Shown here: positions 10,220 to 20,056 of the stretch, piece by piece
How the letters are laid out: every line of letters begins with the position of its first letter
Position numbering within the stretch: the stretch's first letter is position 1
Assembly (NCBI GenBank): GCA_031411295.1
Contig: JANOAV010000038.1
Location: 50,918 to 114,917 of the forward strand
Direction: 5' to 3'
Length of the DNA stretch: 64,000 nucleotides
From: Verrucomicrobiales bacterium
Lineage (GTDB): Bacteria > Verrucomicrobiota > Verrucomicrobiia > Verrucomicrobiales > V1-33
Position numbers and translations under genes: made by a program
The notes under the pieces: generated by a model
Databases searched by the model: none
What the model was told of the DNA's origin: nothing
The model's input: only the letters and a program-made list of their open reading frames with translations

Positions 10220-11158
10220 TTAAGGGACGGTGGGAGGAACAACTACGACATCGTCGTCGTCGTCTTCTGTTTCGTCGTCATTGTCACCATTGTGGCCACC
10301 GTCGTGGTTGCCGTCATGGTGGTGTCCGTCGTCGTCGATGCCGTCATGGTCATCGTCGTCGTCGTCGTCGTTATCGGCGGTGCCGTCATGATCGTCGTCG
10401 TCATCTGCATCGGCAGTGCCGTCGCCATCATCGTCGTCATCCACGCCATCTTTGTGGCCGTCACCATCGGTGTCGTCTTCGTCAGCGTCAGCGTTTAGTT
10501 TGCCGTCGCCATCAACGTCGTCTTCGGCCACGGCATTATCTGCCAGACCGTCTCCGTCGATGTCGTCTTCGGCACTGGCGTCATCGGCCTTGCCGTCACC
10601 ATCGATGTCGGTTTCCGTGGCGGAGTCGTCGTCTTTGCCGTCGCCATCGATGTCGGTTTCGTTGAGGCTGTCGTCTTGGCGGCCATCACCATCTTCGTCA
10701 GTTTCCGTAGCGGCATCGTCGGCTTTGCCGTCACCATCGATGTCGGTTTCGTTGGCCGCGTCATCAGCCTTGGCATCGCCATCGATGTCGGTTTCCGTGG
10801 CGGCGTCATCTTTCTTGCCATCGCCATCGATATCCGTTTCAGCGAGGGAGTCGTCCTTCAGGCCGTCGCCATCGATGTCCAATTCCTTGGGGTCATCGTT
10901 GTTGAGACGGTCTCCGATGAAGCGGCCTTTGAAGGGGCCACTGCGGGCGATGCCGCCATCGACATTGGGATCACGGCCATTGGGGATGCCGTCATTGTCC
11001 ACGTCTGGATCGACGATGTTGGCGATACCATCACCATCGAGATCGTCAGCGGGGTTCACTTTGGCTTGGGCTTTGCCAAGTCCCAGAGCAACGGTCACAG
11101 CAGCCAGAATGACTGCGGAGCGGAAGCCCTGTGCGGGTTTGAGTAGTTTGGTTTTCAT
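10220..11158 (-). CDS. Secreted extremely Asp-rich protein with thrombospondin type-3-like Ca-binding repeats
   Basis: Signal peptide (..GKAQA), ten 15-aa ExDIDGDGxxDDxxx repeats and a His/Asp-rich tail. Confidence 0.9.
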   Translation of the reverse strand: MKTKLLKPAQGFRSAVILAAVTVALGLGKAQAKVNPADDLDGDGIANIVDPDVDNDGIPNGRDPNVDGGIARSGPFKGRFIGDRLNNDDPKELDIDGDGLKDDSLAETDIDGDGKKDDAATETDIDGDAKADDAANETDIDGDGKADDAATETDEDGDGRQDDSLNETDIDGDGKDDDSATETDIDGDGKADDASAEDDIDGDGLADNAVAEDDVDGDGKLNADADEDDTDGDGHKDGVDDDDDGDGTADADDDDDHDGTADNDDDDDDDHDGIDDDGHHHDGNHDGGHNGDNDDETEDDDDDVVVVPPTVP

Positions 11159-11374
11159 GTGGTTTATTCGGTTTGTTTTTTCCCACTGGGGTTTATACTG
11201 TCATAGTTTCTAGCGAAACAGGCGGGGCTTCGGCTTAGTCTTTTGGACTAGCCGGGGCTCCGTCGTTGATCTCAGTAGCGAATCTGAGATCTTTTTCCGC
11301 CCCTGCTGCAGTGGGAACCGGCAGAAGCGAGAAAGGGTGATGATGGAACAAGAAATTTGCATCAGAAGACGTGC

Positions 11375-13039
11375 TTAAGATTTTGTTAGTTGCAGGCGCG
11401 CGAAGCGACGCATGGTGGAAGGAGCCGGATCCGTGGCCTCGACCCATTCCCATTCCGCGGTGAGCGGCGTGATCGTGAGGGAGGCACCGACCGGAGTGTC
11501 CCAGGAAGTTAAATCGGAGCTGAACTGCGGGGCATAGGTCACACCTCCAGCATTCAGGCCACGGCGGCGGAGGAAACGGAATTTATAGACGGGTGGCTGG
11601 CTGTCATGATTCAGTGTTTGATAGGGCAGCATGCCGTTGCCAGACTGGGTGGTGGTGACAGCATTGGTGCCGGGGATGAACTCTGGCCGGGCATTGCTCT
11701 GGGGATCCAAGTTGAGGGCAAATTCCAACAAGTTATTCAGGCCGTCGCCATCCGCATCAGCCGTGGGGAGCGCATCCGGTCCGACGAGCAAATTATCAAC
11801 TGCCCAGCTCGCGAAGGCGTCTTTCGTGATGCTCACGGTGGCGGTGGAAACCACGCTGACGCTATTGCCCACGGCGTCTGTCAGATCCAGTAAGATCGTG
11901 GCTACTCCTGCGACGGAATTCGTTGGCACCGTCAGGGGGATTTTGTAAGTTCCGTTGGTGGCAGAACCACTGGTGCGCTGGTTCAGCAGGAAATCGCTGG
12001 TGGCGACAATTTCCACCTGATTAGGACCGGCTGGCAGCGCCAGGGAAATCGTGCCAGCCTTGAAGCCGCTGAGGTTATCCGCAATAATCAGGGTGGTATT
12101 AAATGTTGCGTCAGCGCTGGTCACGTCCACCGTCGCAAGTGCCGGAACGGCCGATATTAGGGTGGGCGCTGCGAGGTCAACGCTGCCCGTATTGGTAACG
12201 GGAAGACCAGCCCCCAAGGCTGCGGGAAGGCTCTGCCAGCCGAACCCTCCAACCACGAAGACATAATCGGGATCACTTACTGTCGTGGCTAAAGAAATGG
12301 CAAACGGCAGCGTCCCTGGCGGGGTATACCGCGGCACGGTGAATCGAAGTTGATAGGTGCCAGCGGTGGTCGTGCCGGAAATGCGATCAGTATCAGAAAA
12401 CGGGGAGACTGTCAGCAGGGCGCCTTTCGGGGTGTAGAGTTCGAAAAGCCCCGTGCTCAGCGGATTGCCACTGGCAATGGTAAACTGCACCGTAACGTTG
12501 ACGTTGGCGGAGGTTACGTTGGCTGGAGTTGCGCTGTAAGTTACATTGGTAACTAAATTTGCCGGTGCGCCCACGCTCTGTAGATTCAAGGAAATATTTC
12601 CCGTCGCCCCCTGAAATCCCTGCACCGCAATGGCATAAACCACGCCCGCCGTGGCCTCGAAGCGCACTCGACTGGTGGACACCTGACCAGGGAGCACTGG
12701 GTCATCATCATCTGCTGCCACCCGCACCAGAGCGGTCATCGCAGCTGACTTATAAACTGCCAAAATGGTATCGAAATCACTGCCCGTTGTCGCCAGTTCG
12801 AACCAGCCCGTGGCAGGCGCTGTCCACGACCACCAGACGGAGGCCCCCGCAGCATCATTCGGCAGAGGTGCGGGCTCGCCCACTTCTGCGGTAGCGCCAA
12901 GATTGTTGCCCGTCGCATTGATGGGGGCCCCTGTGAGAGCTGTGGCACTTGCCAAACCGTCATTTGCCGGAACCGCCACGGCGCTTGTGGAAAGCGCTAA
13001 GGAAAACAATGTAAATATTATAATGTGGGAGAGGCTCAC
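11375..13039 (-). CDS. Secreted protein with PPC/DVUA0089-like N-terminal domain, Ig-like domains and verrucomicrobial C-terminal domain
   Basis: PANDG..ATAEVGEP..SVWWSWTAP..TTGSDFDTILAVY motif; ends ADADGDGLNNLLEFALNLDP...SSDLTSW...RRFARL. Confidence 0.85.
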   Translation of the reverse strand: MSLSHIIIFTLFSLALSTSAVAVPANDGLASATALTGAPINATGNNLGATAEVGEPAPLPNDAAGASVWWSWTAPATGWFELATTGSDFDTILAVYKSAAMTALVRVAADDDDPVLPGQVSTSRVRFEATAGVVYAIAVQGFQGATGNISLNLQSVGAPANLVTNVTYSATPANVTSANVNVTVQFTIASGNPLSTGLFELYTPKGALLTVSPFSDTDRISGTTTAGTYQLRFTVPRYTPPGTLPFAISLATTVSDPDYVFVVGGFGWQSLPAALGAGLPVTNTGSVDLAAPTLISAVPALATVDVTSADATFNTTLIIADNLSGFKAGTISLALPAGPNQVEIVATSDFLLNQRTSGSATNGTYKIPLTVPTNSVAGVATILLDLTDAVGNSVSVVSTATVSITKDAFASWAVDNLLVGPDALPTADADGDGLNNLLEFALNLDPQSNARPEFIPGTNAVTTTQSGNGMLPYQTLNHDSQPPVYKFRFLRRRGLNAGGVTYAPQFSSDLTSWDTPVGASLTITPLTAEWEWVEATDPAPSTMRRFARLQLTKS

Positions 13040-13186
13040 GAGAGTTCGGATGTGGAATAATCTGGCGCTCAGCAGAGTAGCAGGGGAATGCTCTTGGGGC
13101 TGTGCGAAGATCGTTTTGGAGTGACAGTTCGACTCTCTCAGAATCTGCTGAAATTACAATTTATGTAGCGTAACCAAACGGTCAGA

Positions 13187-14545
13187 TTATGCGTGTGCAC
13201 CTGCGATCAAGCGGAGTTCAAACTCCGTGCCTTGATCATCGGATCGCAGCAGCCCTAACGTGCCGCCTTGGGCTTCGGCCAGGCTGCGGGCGATGTTGAG
13301 GCCGAGGCCGTGGCCTTTGATGTTTTCTCCCACATCACCCCGATAGAAGCGCTCGAAGAGATGCTCCTGGCTGCTGGGAGAGATCGGGGTGCCAGTGTTG
13401 GCAATGCGGATCCACGGGCCTTGGGGATCGGTGCCGGCTTTGATCCAGATGTGACCGCTTTCCGGGGCGTATTTGACCGCGTTCTCCGTGAGGTTTTGTA
13501 AAATGATATTCACCCGCTTGGGATCTGCCAGAGCAGTTAGGGTGGGCGGAACGTCGGTTTCCAAAGTGAGTTGTTTGCTTTGGCAAAGGGCCGCGACATC
13601 GTCTGCGGCAGCCAGCACACTTTCTGCCAGATCCACGTTGCTGGGTTCTACGCTGAGTCGGCCGGCATCGATCTGCGCCAGCAAGAGCAGGTCTTCGACC
13701 AAGGTGGACAAGCGGCGGGTTTGTTTGCGCAGTTCCGCTACTTCGGTTTGTTCTTCCGAGGTTAGATTGGCGGATTTTCCCAGCGAGTCCAAGCCGGCCC
13801 GCAAAATGGTGATGGGCGTCTTGAGTTGATGCGAGGCGTCGGCGGAGAAGCGGGCAGCGGCACGGTAGGCTTTCTGCAGGCGGTCAAATGAAGCGTTCAA
13901 CACGTGGGTTAGTTGAAAGATTTCATCTTTGGCCTTGGGCAACGGAAGCCGCTCCTCGGGTTGGGAGGCGCTGATCTTCTGGGCCGCAGCGGAGAGGACA
14001 CTAACGGGTCGCAAGGCACGCACTCCCAGCAACCATCCGCCAAGGAAAACGAAGACCCCTGTCAGCGGAATCAAGAGAATCACCGACTGCATGAGGTCGT
14101 GCTGCATCTCTTCAATGGTGCCGAGCCGGGTTCCCAGATGGATCGTTAGGTAACCGTGGCCGAAACTGCCGATGCGGCAGTTGCGGCCGGAAATTTCAAT
14201 CGTCTGGCTCCCTAGCGGCAGCGAGGAAAGGTCGTTTTTACCGAGATTGGCGGACTTCCGCAAGGTCTGGCCTTCAGGTCCGAGGATTTGATAGTAACGC
14301 CGCCGGAGCGCTTCTGGGATGAAGCGTTCATCAATGGGTTTGCGGATGTAATCGGTGGGTGCATTGCTGAAGTTCGTGATGTCCCGAATGATCTCCCGGG
14401 CGTTCTCTTCCAGTTCGCGATCCAGTTCCCGAATCTGATAGCGATAAACCAATGGTCGCACTGCCAGCAGACTCGCGACGAGCGCCACCATGGTGAGCAC
14501 AGCGGCATAGGCCCCAAATTTCTGCTTCAGCGGCCAACTTCTCAT
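13187..14545 (-). CDS. Two-component sensor histidine kinase (CusS/BaeS-like)
   Basis: Two TM segments, HAMP, H-box FSADASHQLKTP, N-box NLTENAVKY and G-box GHGLGL. Start set at MRSWPL. Confidence 0.93.
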   Translation of the reverse strand: MRSWPLKQKFGAYAAVLTMVALVASLLAVRPLVYRYQIRELDRELEENAREIIRDITNFSNAPTDYIRKPIDERFIPEALRRRYYQILGPEGQTLRKSANLGKNDLSSLPLGSQTIEISGRNCRIGSFGHGYLTIHLGTRLGTIEEMQHDLMQSVILLIPLTGVFVFLGGWLLGVRALRPVSVLSAAAQKISASQPEERLPLPKAKDEIFQLTHVLNASFDRLQKAYRAAARFSADASHQLKTPITILRAGLDSLGKSANLTSEEQTEVAELRKQTRRLSTLVEDLLLLAQIDAGRLSVEPSNVDLAESVLAAADDVAALCQSKQLTLETDVPPTLTALADPKRVNIILQNLTENAVKYAPESGHIWIKAGTDPQGPWIRIANTGTPISPSSQEHLFERFYRGDVGENIKGHGLGLNIARSLAEAQGGTLGLLRSDDQGTEFELRLIAGAHA

Positions 14546-15224
14546 GTGCGGCAGGATTGAGGCGGTAGCCGACGCCACGCACGGTCTCGATGAGGGGCTG
14601 GGGCCGACCTTCGTCCAGTTTCTTCCGCAGTCGCATGATAAAGATTTCCACGGTGCGGGTATCGTATTCGTGTTCGCGTTGCCAGATGCGTTCGCAGATT
14701 TCGTCGCGACTGAAGGTGCGGCCTGGCTCCTTGAGGAAGAACGTGAGCACTTCGAATTCACGTGGGGAAAGACTAATCACTTCAGATGCGCGCGTCACCT
14801 TGCGTTGCAGGATGTCCATTTTGATATCGGCCACCTGCAATGTTTGGCTGGCAACGGGCGCGCTTTGGCGGCGGCCTAGGGCTTCGATGCGGGCCAGCAG
14901 TTCGTCCATGGAGAAGGGTTTGGTGAGGTAGTCATCAGCCCCACTTTTGAGTCCATTGATGCGATCCGCCACTTCTCCGCGGGCGGTCAACATAAGCACG
15001 CGAGTGTCATCGCCCGTCTTGCGCAGTTGGCGCAGGACTTCGAAGCCATCATAGCCACCGGGCAGATTCACATCCAGCACGATCATGTCCAAGCGCTCCT
15101 TCTGCGCACACTCCAAGCCTGCGGGACCATTGGCTGCCGTATAAACCTCATGCCCCGCGTTTTTCAGCGCCTTCGCGATTTGTTTGGCGAGTTGAGGTTC
15201 GTCTTCGACGTTGAGGATGGTCAT
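14331..15224 (-). CDS. OmpR-family response regulator; the true stop is probably about 14542 (possible frameshift extends the ORF)
   Basis: MTILNVEDE..LDVNLP..MLTAR..GADDYLTKPF..LSPREFEVL..RLRKKL..TVRGVGY. It then reads about 70 extra codons over the kinase gene. Confidence 0.92.
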   Translation of the reverse strand: MTILNVEDEPQLAKQIAKALKNAGHEVYTAANGPAGLECAQKERLDMIVLDVNLPGGYDGFEVLRQLRKTGDDTRVLMLTARGEVADRINGLKSGADDYLTKPFSMDELLARIEALGRRQSAPVASQTLQVADIKMDILQRKVTRASEVISLSPREFEVLTFFLKEPGRTFSRDEICERIWQREHEYDTRTVEIFIMRLRKKLDEGRPQPLIETVRGVGYRLNPAAHEKLAAEAEIWGLCRCAHHGGARRESAGSATIGLSLSDSGTGSRTGRERPGDHSGHHELQQCTHRLHPQTH

Positions 15225-15302
15225 GGCAGCAGGGAGTTCGGAGGGATGATAAGGGAGAAATGGATTGCAGGCAATGATTGCTTTCCTGCCTGGGTTCCTA
15301 CA

Positions 15303-15339
15303 GAAATCCCGTGTTGTGGGGAGCACAGCACGGGATTTC
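15303..15339 (-). terminator. Probable intrinsic terminator hairpin
   Basis: gaaatcccgtgttgtg-gggag-cacagcacgggatttc, immediately after the stop of 15358..17130. Confidence 0.6.
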
Positions 15340-15357
15340 GCAGAGTTTAAATGATTG

Positions 15358-17130
15358 TTAGCTGGGCGGTGCTACCGGAGCGGTGCCTGTGAAGAAAATA
15401 ACTTCCCCCTGACTGAGGCTGACGGGGAGTCCGGCTACGGCAAAGTCTAACAAGAGTTCTGCGGGATCGTTGGGGTTAAGTTCGAAGCGAATTTTACCCT
15501 CGCCAGCCACGACGATAATCATTCCGCGCGCAGTCCCGCCTACGTTTAGGGTGTAGGTGCCAGCGGCCAGATGTTCTACCTCCACTTCCATGGAGACCAC
15601 GCCTGCGATGCCGAACTGCACTTGGATTTCGCCCTTGGCGGTCAACGGAGCGCTGGCCGTGGGACTTAGAGAGGAAACGATGGCTGCGCCACCGCCGTTA
15701 TCTCCACCAGTTCCAGCGCCACCATCTCCCGGAGCGATTGGCAGCGTGCCTGTGAAGAAGATGTTGGCACCTTGAGCGATGACCACCGGCAGTCCTGAGA
15801 TCGGGAAATTCAGTCCCAGTTCACCTTCGCTAAGGGTGGGGGAAACATCAAATTTCAATTCTCCTTCGTTTCCACTAACAATGATGGATCCGCGCACGGT
15901 GCCATCCACGAGGAAACTGTAAGTGCCGGCGGGCATGGATTCCAATTCCACCTGAAGTTTCTTGGCTCCGGTTAGGCTCCATTCCACTTCGATCTTGCCT
16001 TTGGCTGCTACACTGGCAGCAGGTCCACGGAGGAGGCTGACGTTCCCGGGAGTCGTGGTGGTGCCGCCACCGGTGTAGGTAGGCGGAGTAGGAACGATGC
16101 CCGTGAAATAGGTGATGCCATTGCGGCTGATGATGATGGGTTTACCGATGACTTCAATGGTGAGGTTGATCTCGTTGGCCGCGTTGGCATTGGTTTCCCA
16201 TTCCTGTTCGCCTTCCAGATCGCCCCCGTCCTGGATCATATTGAGCTGGCCGATCAGCGTTCCGTCCACGGTTACATCGTAAGCCCCAGCGGGGAAGTCC
16301 CGGCCGTCCACCTCCATTTCGATCTTACCGGTCGCCATGCGTTGGATTTTGACCTGGGCCCGGCAGCCAGAGGGAGCGTTGGCGGTCTTCGTCAGGGTGA
16401 TTTGCACTTCCTGTTCGTCGGCTTCCTCGTGGTGGTCGGCATCGTTATTGTCGTCCTCGCCATCGTTGTCGTCATCGTTGTCGTCGCGATCCTTCATGCC
16501 GTCGCCATCGTCATCGTCCTCGTCCGTGGCAGCATTTAGTTTACCATCGCCATCAATGTCTTCGTCCACGGAAGCGGAGTTGCCATTGTTGTCGCCATCA
16601 ATGTCGTCGTCCGAACCATCGGAGTTGCCATCACCATCAATGTCCATTTCAGAGTCATCGTCATCGCTCAGACTGTCGCCATCGATGTCGTCTTCCGAGA
16701 GATCGTCGTCCTTACGGCCATCGCCATCAATGTCCATTTCAGCGGCGGAGCTATCGAGGCGACGATCGCCATCGATGTCCAATTCCAGTGCATCGTCATC
16801 CCTCTTTCCGTCACCATCGATGTCAGACTCCGCCAGGGAGTCATCATCCTGCCCGTCGTCATCAATGTCTTTTTCCGCCGGGCTGTCGTTGTTGACGTGG
16901 TCTCCGATGTATTTCCCGGCAAAAGGACCGTATTTGCAAATGCCGCCATCGACGTTGTCGTCCAGCGCGTTGGGGATGCCGTCATTGTCGATGTCAGGAT
17001 CCACGATGTTCGGGATGCCGTCGCCATCGAGATCTGGAGCCACCCCGGCAGACATCGCAGGCGCACCGAAGCACAGGACCAGGAGGGTCGCTGCGGTGGC
17101 TGCGGATTTGGTAAGGGATTTTTTAATCAT
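15358..17130 (-). CDS. Secreted Asp-rich TSP3-like repeat protein with three tandem ~105-aa beta domains
   Basis: Signal peptide; N-terminal half paralogous to the 10220..11158 product; three repeats ending FTGxxPxxP. Confidence 0.9.
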   Translation of the reverse strand: MIKKSLTKSAATAATLLVLCFGAPAMSAGVAPDLDGDGIPNIVDPDIDNDGIPNALDDNVDGGICKYGPFAGKYIGDHVNNDSPAEKDIDDDGQDDDSLAESDIDGDGKRDDDALELDIDGDRRLDSSAAEMDIDGDGRKDDDLSEDDIDGDSLSDDDDSEMDIDGDGNSDGSDDDIDGDNNGNSASVDEDIDGDGKLNAATDEDDDDGDGMKDRDDNDDDNDGEDDNNDADHHEEADEQEVQITLTKTANAPSGCRAQVKIQRMATGKIEMEVDGRDFPAGAYDVTVDGTLIGQLNMIQDGGDLEGEQEWETNANAANEINLTIEVIGKPIIISRNGITYFTGIVPTPPTYTGGGTTTTPGNVSLLRGPAASVAAKGKIEVEWSLTGAKKLQVELESMPAGTYSFLVDGTVRGSIIVSGNEGELKFDVSPTLSEGELGLNFPISGLPVVIAQGANIFFTGTLPIAPGDGGAGTGGDNGGGAAIVSSLSPTASAPLTAKGEIQVQFGIAGVVSMEVEVEHLAAGTYTLNVGGTARGMIIVVAGEGKIRFELNPNDPAELLLDFAVAGLPVSLSQGEVIFFTGTAPVAPPS

Positions 17131-17296
17131 GGGGTGCTGTCATTTGAAGGATTCAATGGCGCTCGCAACTATACTAGGCTGCCAGGGGCATTTCTGCAAA
17201 ATTTCTAGGGTAACGAGTTGGTTGGAATTTACGCAGGCTTGATAAATCAAGGATTGGGCGGGACGGAAATTTCGAAAAAATGCGTTCATCTGGCTG

Positions 17297-19945
17297 TTAG
17301 TGGGTGGCGGTTAAGCGGTAAAATTGATGTCCGGGGCTGAACGGCACCGTGAGTTGCAGGGTGCAAATGGGGCCCTCAGTGGCGATCACTTGCGGCGTGA
17401 TGGGCGTGGGCGTCCAGTTGCCAGCCAGGGTGGGGCTCTGTTGCACGCTAAGCACCACATCGCCTGCTCCCAGGCACTTTTGAAACGTCAACTGTAGGTC
17501 ATTCCCGGCTTGGGCCACCTTCATGCCGCCGCCGGGGTCGGCCACCGTGGGCAGGGTGCCCTGGGCATACTCCACGAGATTCGGGATGCCATCTCCGTCC
17601 GCGTCCGCGCTGTCGGCCGCCAGGGCTGATCCCAAGTGCGCCAGTTTCCATCGGCTGTAGGCAGGCATGGCATCAGCCACGCGGAAGACCACCCCGCCGC
17701 CGTTGGTGCCACCAGCAGCAGTGAAGCCGAGCAGTTCCCCACTCGGGGTGAAGGACAGACCGCCAGCCACAGGATTACTTCCAACGCTGGTGGCAGGCCG
17801 CCCCGGGGCGTTGCCGCCATTTCCCGTGAAGGAAATGAGAGTCGTTAGTCCCGTCAGCGCCTCGTAGCGAAAGACCGTGCCCATCCCGCCGGTCCCGCCT
17901 GCCGCCGTCATGCCGTAGAGCGCGGCATCTGGTCCCACCGTGAGCGTGCCCACGGGCTGGGTGCCCGTGAGTGAGGTAAATTCTGCCACGGCACTCCAGG
18001 TGTTGGTGCTGGGATCCACCCGCAGCAGAGTGCCTCCATTGGTCGTCCCGCCGAGGCTGGTGGTGCCATAGAGAAATCCATCCGTGCCCGTTACCAAGCC
18101 GCCCAAGGGCGTGCGTGGACCGCTCGCAGTAAACTCTGCCAAGACCGTGGGCGTGCCCGCTGCGCTTAGACGGAAGAGCGTGCCGGCGTTCGCGCTGCCG
18201 CCGGATTCCGTTAACCCATAGAAGTAGGTATTGGCCGCCAAAGCCAGCGGTCCCCGCGGGCGCTGGCCTTTCACCGCTCCCGAACTTCCCGTGAACGAAA
18301 CCAGCCGCGTCCGACCTCCGGCGGTAGTAACGCGCGTTAGAGAACCCAGCGAAACCGACCCGCCCTCCCGACTCGATCCATACAGCGCCCCGTCCTGCCC
18401 CCGCACCAACGGACCTTCTGCCGCCGAACCAATCCCCACGCTGTGATTGGCCACCAGGTTCAACCCGCTCGCATTGTAAATGTAAGTTGTGCCCCGATTC
18501 GACCCGCCACCTGCAGTCGTGACTCCATAAAAATCAGTCCCCACTTTCAGCAAACCACCGCTGGGAGCTGCGCCCGCCGCGCCACCGAAGTCCGCCACCG
18601 CAGCCACGCTGGCAACGGCATTCGTGAACGTCAGCCGCACCATGGTGCCAGCTCCCGCGCCCCCGCCTTCCAGCAACGGGCAGAGCCACGTGGTGGCGGA
18701 TTCAGCCACTGGGGCTCCGGCCGGATTCCAACCTAAGGCAGTGGAGAAGTTCCCCAAATTCGTGAATCCACCAGCGGGAGTGACTTTGTAAACATTTCCC
18801 CGATTCCCCCCGCCGCCGGCACTCGTGGCCCCCCAGAAATTTCCATCCGTGCCCAGCACCAACCCCGCCCTGCTTGCGGCACCAGTAACCAAGCCAGAAG
18901 CGCCTGTGAAATTCACCAGCACCGTCGGCACGCCCCCGGTCGTCATTTTAAAGATCACCCCGGAACCATTGGTGCCGCCCCCGGCCGTAGTGCCATAGAA
19001 TAAACCGTCCGCGCCCTTTACCAGCGGCCCCATCGGCTGCGAACCCGTGGCATCGGCAAAATTCCGCAGCGTCGTAAATACCGGGGATGCCGCCGTCGTG
19101 ATCTTGAACGCCGTGCCGAAATCCGTATTCGATCCCCCATATTCCGTCGTGCCATACAAGGCCGTGTCCGCCGCATTGTAAAACAAACCGGCTGCGGGAG
19201 CTGAGCCCAGTCGGGTGCCCGTGGTGCCGGTAAACTCCGTCATCAACGTGTAGGCGCCAGCCGTCGTGAGTTTGTAAATCACCCCCAGGCCATTCGCCCC
19301 GCCCGCCTTCGTCACGCCATAGAGCGTGCTCCCGTTAAACGTCAGCGCCCCCACCGGTTCTGCGCCCTTGGCGACTCCCGTCGTCCCGGTGAATTCCAGC
19401 AACGTGGAAAATAGACCGGCCGAAGTCAGTTTAAACACCGTGCCGAAACCACCCGTGCCACCCGCCTGAGTCAGCCCGTAGAAATTGCCATCGGAATGCT
19501 GCACCAGGCCAGCAGGGATGGATCCCTTGGCCGCTCCGGCAGTGCCGGTGAAATTTACCAAACTCGTGAATTGCCCCGTCAGCGAAATGCTGAACACCAT
19601 CCCGAATCCATTCGTCCCGCCCGCCGAAGCCGTCCCGTAGAGCAAGCCATCCGTGCCCCGAATCAGACTCGCAGCCGGACCTGATCCAGTCGATGCGGTG
19701 AAGTTGTAAATGGTCGTCAGCCCCCCCGCGGGAGTCATCCGATAAATCGTGCCCGCATCCTCCGGACCGCCGGCCACCGTGGTGCCATAGAAATTTCCAT
19801 CGGATCCTTCCACCAACGCCGTCAGCGGTTGGGCGCCCGGCAGCACGAATTCGTGGAGCGACTCGAACGTAGCCGCCCCTGCCGCCTGCCATGACCGACA
19901 AACCGCTAATACCACCAGCAAAAAAAGCTTCACCTGAAAATGCAT
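17297..19945 (-). CDS. Choice-of-anchor tandem repeat (GloVer-type) beta-propeller protein with verrucomicrobial C-terminal domain
   Basis: Many GxxPxxxLxxGxDGxxYGTTxxGG...GTVF repeats; ends ADADGDGIPNLVEYAQGTLP...FYRL. Confidence 0.9.
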   Translation of the reverse strand: MHFQVKLFLLVVLAVCRSWQAAGAATFESLHEFVLPGAQPLTALVEGSDGNFYGTTVAGGPEDAGTIYRMTPAGGLTTIYNFTASTGSGPAASLIRGTDGLLYGTASAGGTNGFGMVFSISLTGQFTSLVNFTGTAGAAKGSIPAGLVQHSDGNFYGLTQAGGTGGFGTVFKLTSAGLFSTLLEFTGTTGVAKGAEPVGALTFNGSTLYGVTKAGGANGLGVIYKLTTAGAYTLMTEFTGTTGTRLGSAPAAGLFYNAADTALYGTTEYGGSNTDFGTAFKITTAASPVFTTLRNFADATGSQPMGPLVKGADGLFYGTTAGGGTNGSGVIFKMTTGGVPTVLVNFTGASGLVTGAASRAGLVLGTDGNFWGATSAGGGGNRGNVYKVTPAGGFTNLGNFSTALGWNPAGAPVAESATTWLCPLLEGGGAGAGTMVRLTFTNAVASVAAVADFGGAAGAAPSGGLLKVGTDFYGVTTAGGGSNRGTTYIYNASGLNLVANHSVGIGSAAEGPLVRGQDGALYGSSREGGSVSLGSLTRVTTAGGRTRLVSFTGSSGAVKGQRPRGPLALAANTYFYGLTESGGSANAGTLFRLSAAGTPTVLAEFTASGPRTPLGGLVTGTDGFLYGTTSLGGTTNGGTLLRVDPSTNTWSAVAEFTSLTGTQPVGTLTVGPDAALYGMTAAGGTGGMGTVFRYEALTGLTTLISFTGNGGNAPGRPATSVGSNPVAGGLSFTPSGELLGFTAAGGTNGGGVVFRVADAMPAYSRWKLAHLGSALAADSADADGDGIPNLVEYAQGTLPTVADPGGGMKVAQAGNDLQLTFQKCLGAGDVVLSVQQSPTLAGNWTPTPITPQVIATEGPICTLQLTVPFSPGHQFYRLTATH

Positions 19946-19992
19946 ACCGCGGAGGCTACCACTTTTCCCAAAGAAAGCACCAGAGTTTCATT

Positions 19993-20008
19993 GTAACCGA
20001 GTAGTTAC
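19993..20008. promoter_or_regulatory. GTAAC-N6-GTTAC box in a divergent promoter region
   Basis: gtaaccgagtagttac lies between the divergent starts at 19945 and 20057. Confidence 0.5.
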
Positions 20009-20056
20009 GTTTATTCATTTTCCAAAAGCCACCGCCTCGTGCATGCTTCGGGGTCT

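Noticed and set aside
10440..10900. 45-bp periodic DNA repeats as a CRISPR or non-coding array
   Set aside because: They are coding repeats with synonymous variation inside the Asp-rich ORF. The Ser-rich antisense ORFs (10416..11213, 16337..17242) are shadows.
11221..11265. Hairpin as terminator of the 11375 gene
   Set aside because: The stem relies on G-U pairs that form only on the + strand, opposite to the flanking genes, and there is no U tract.
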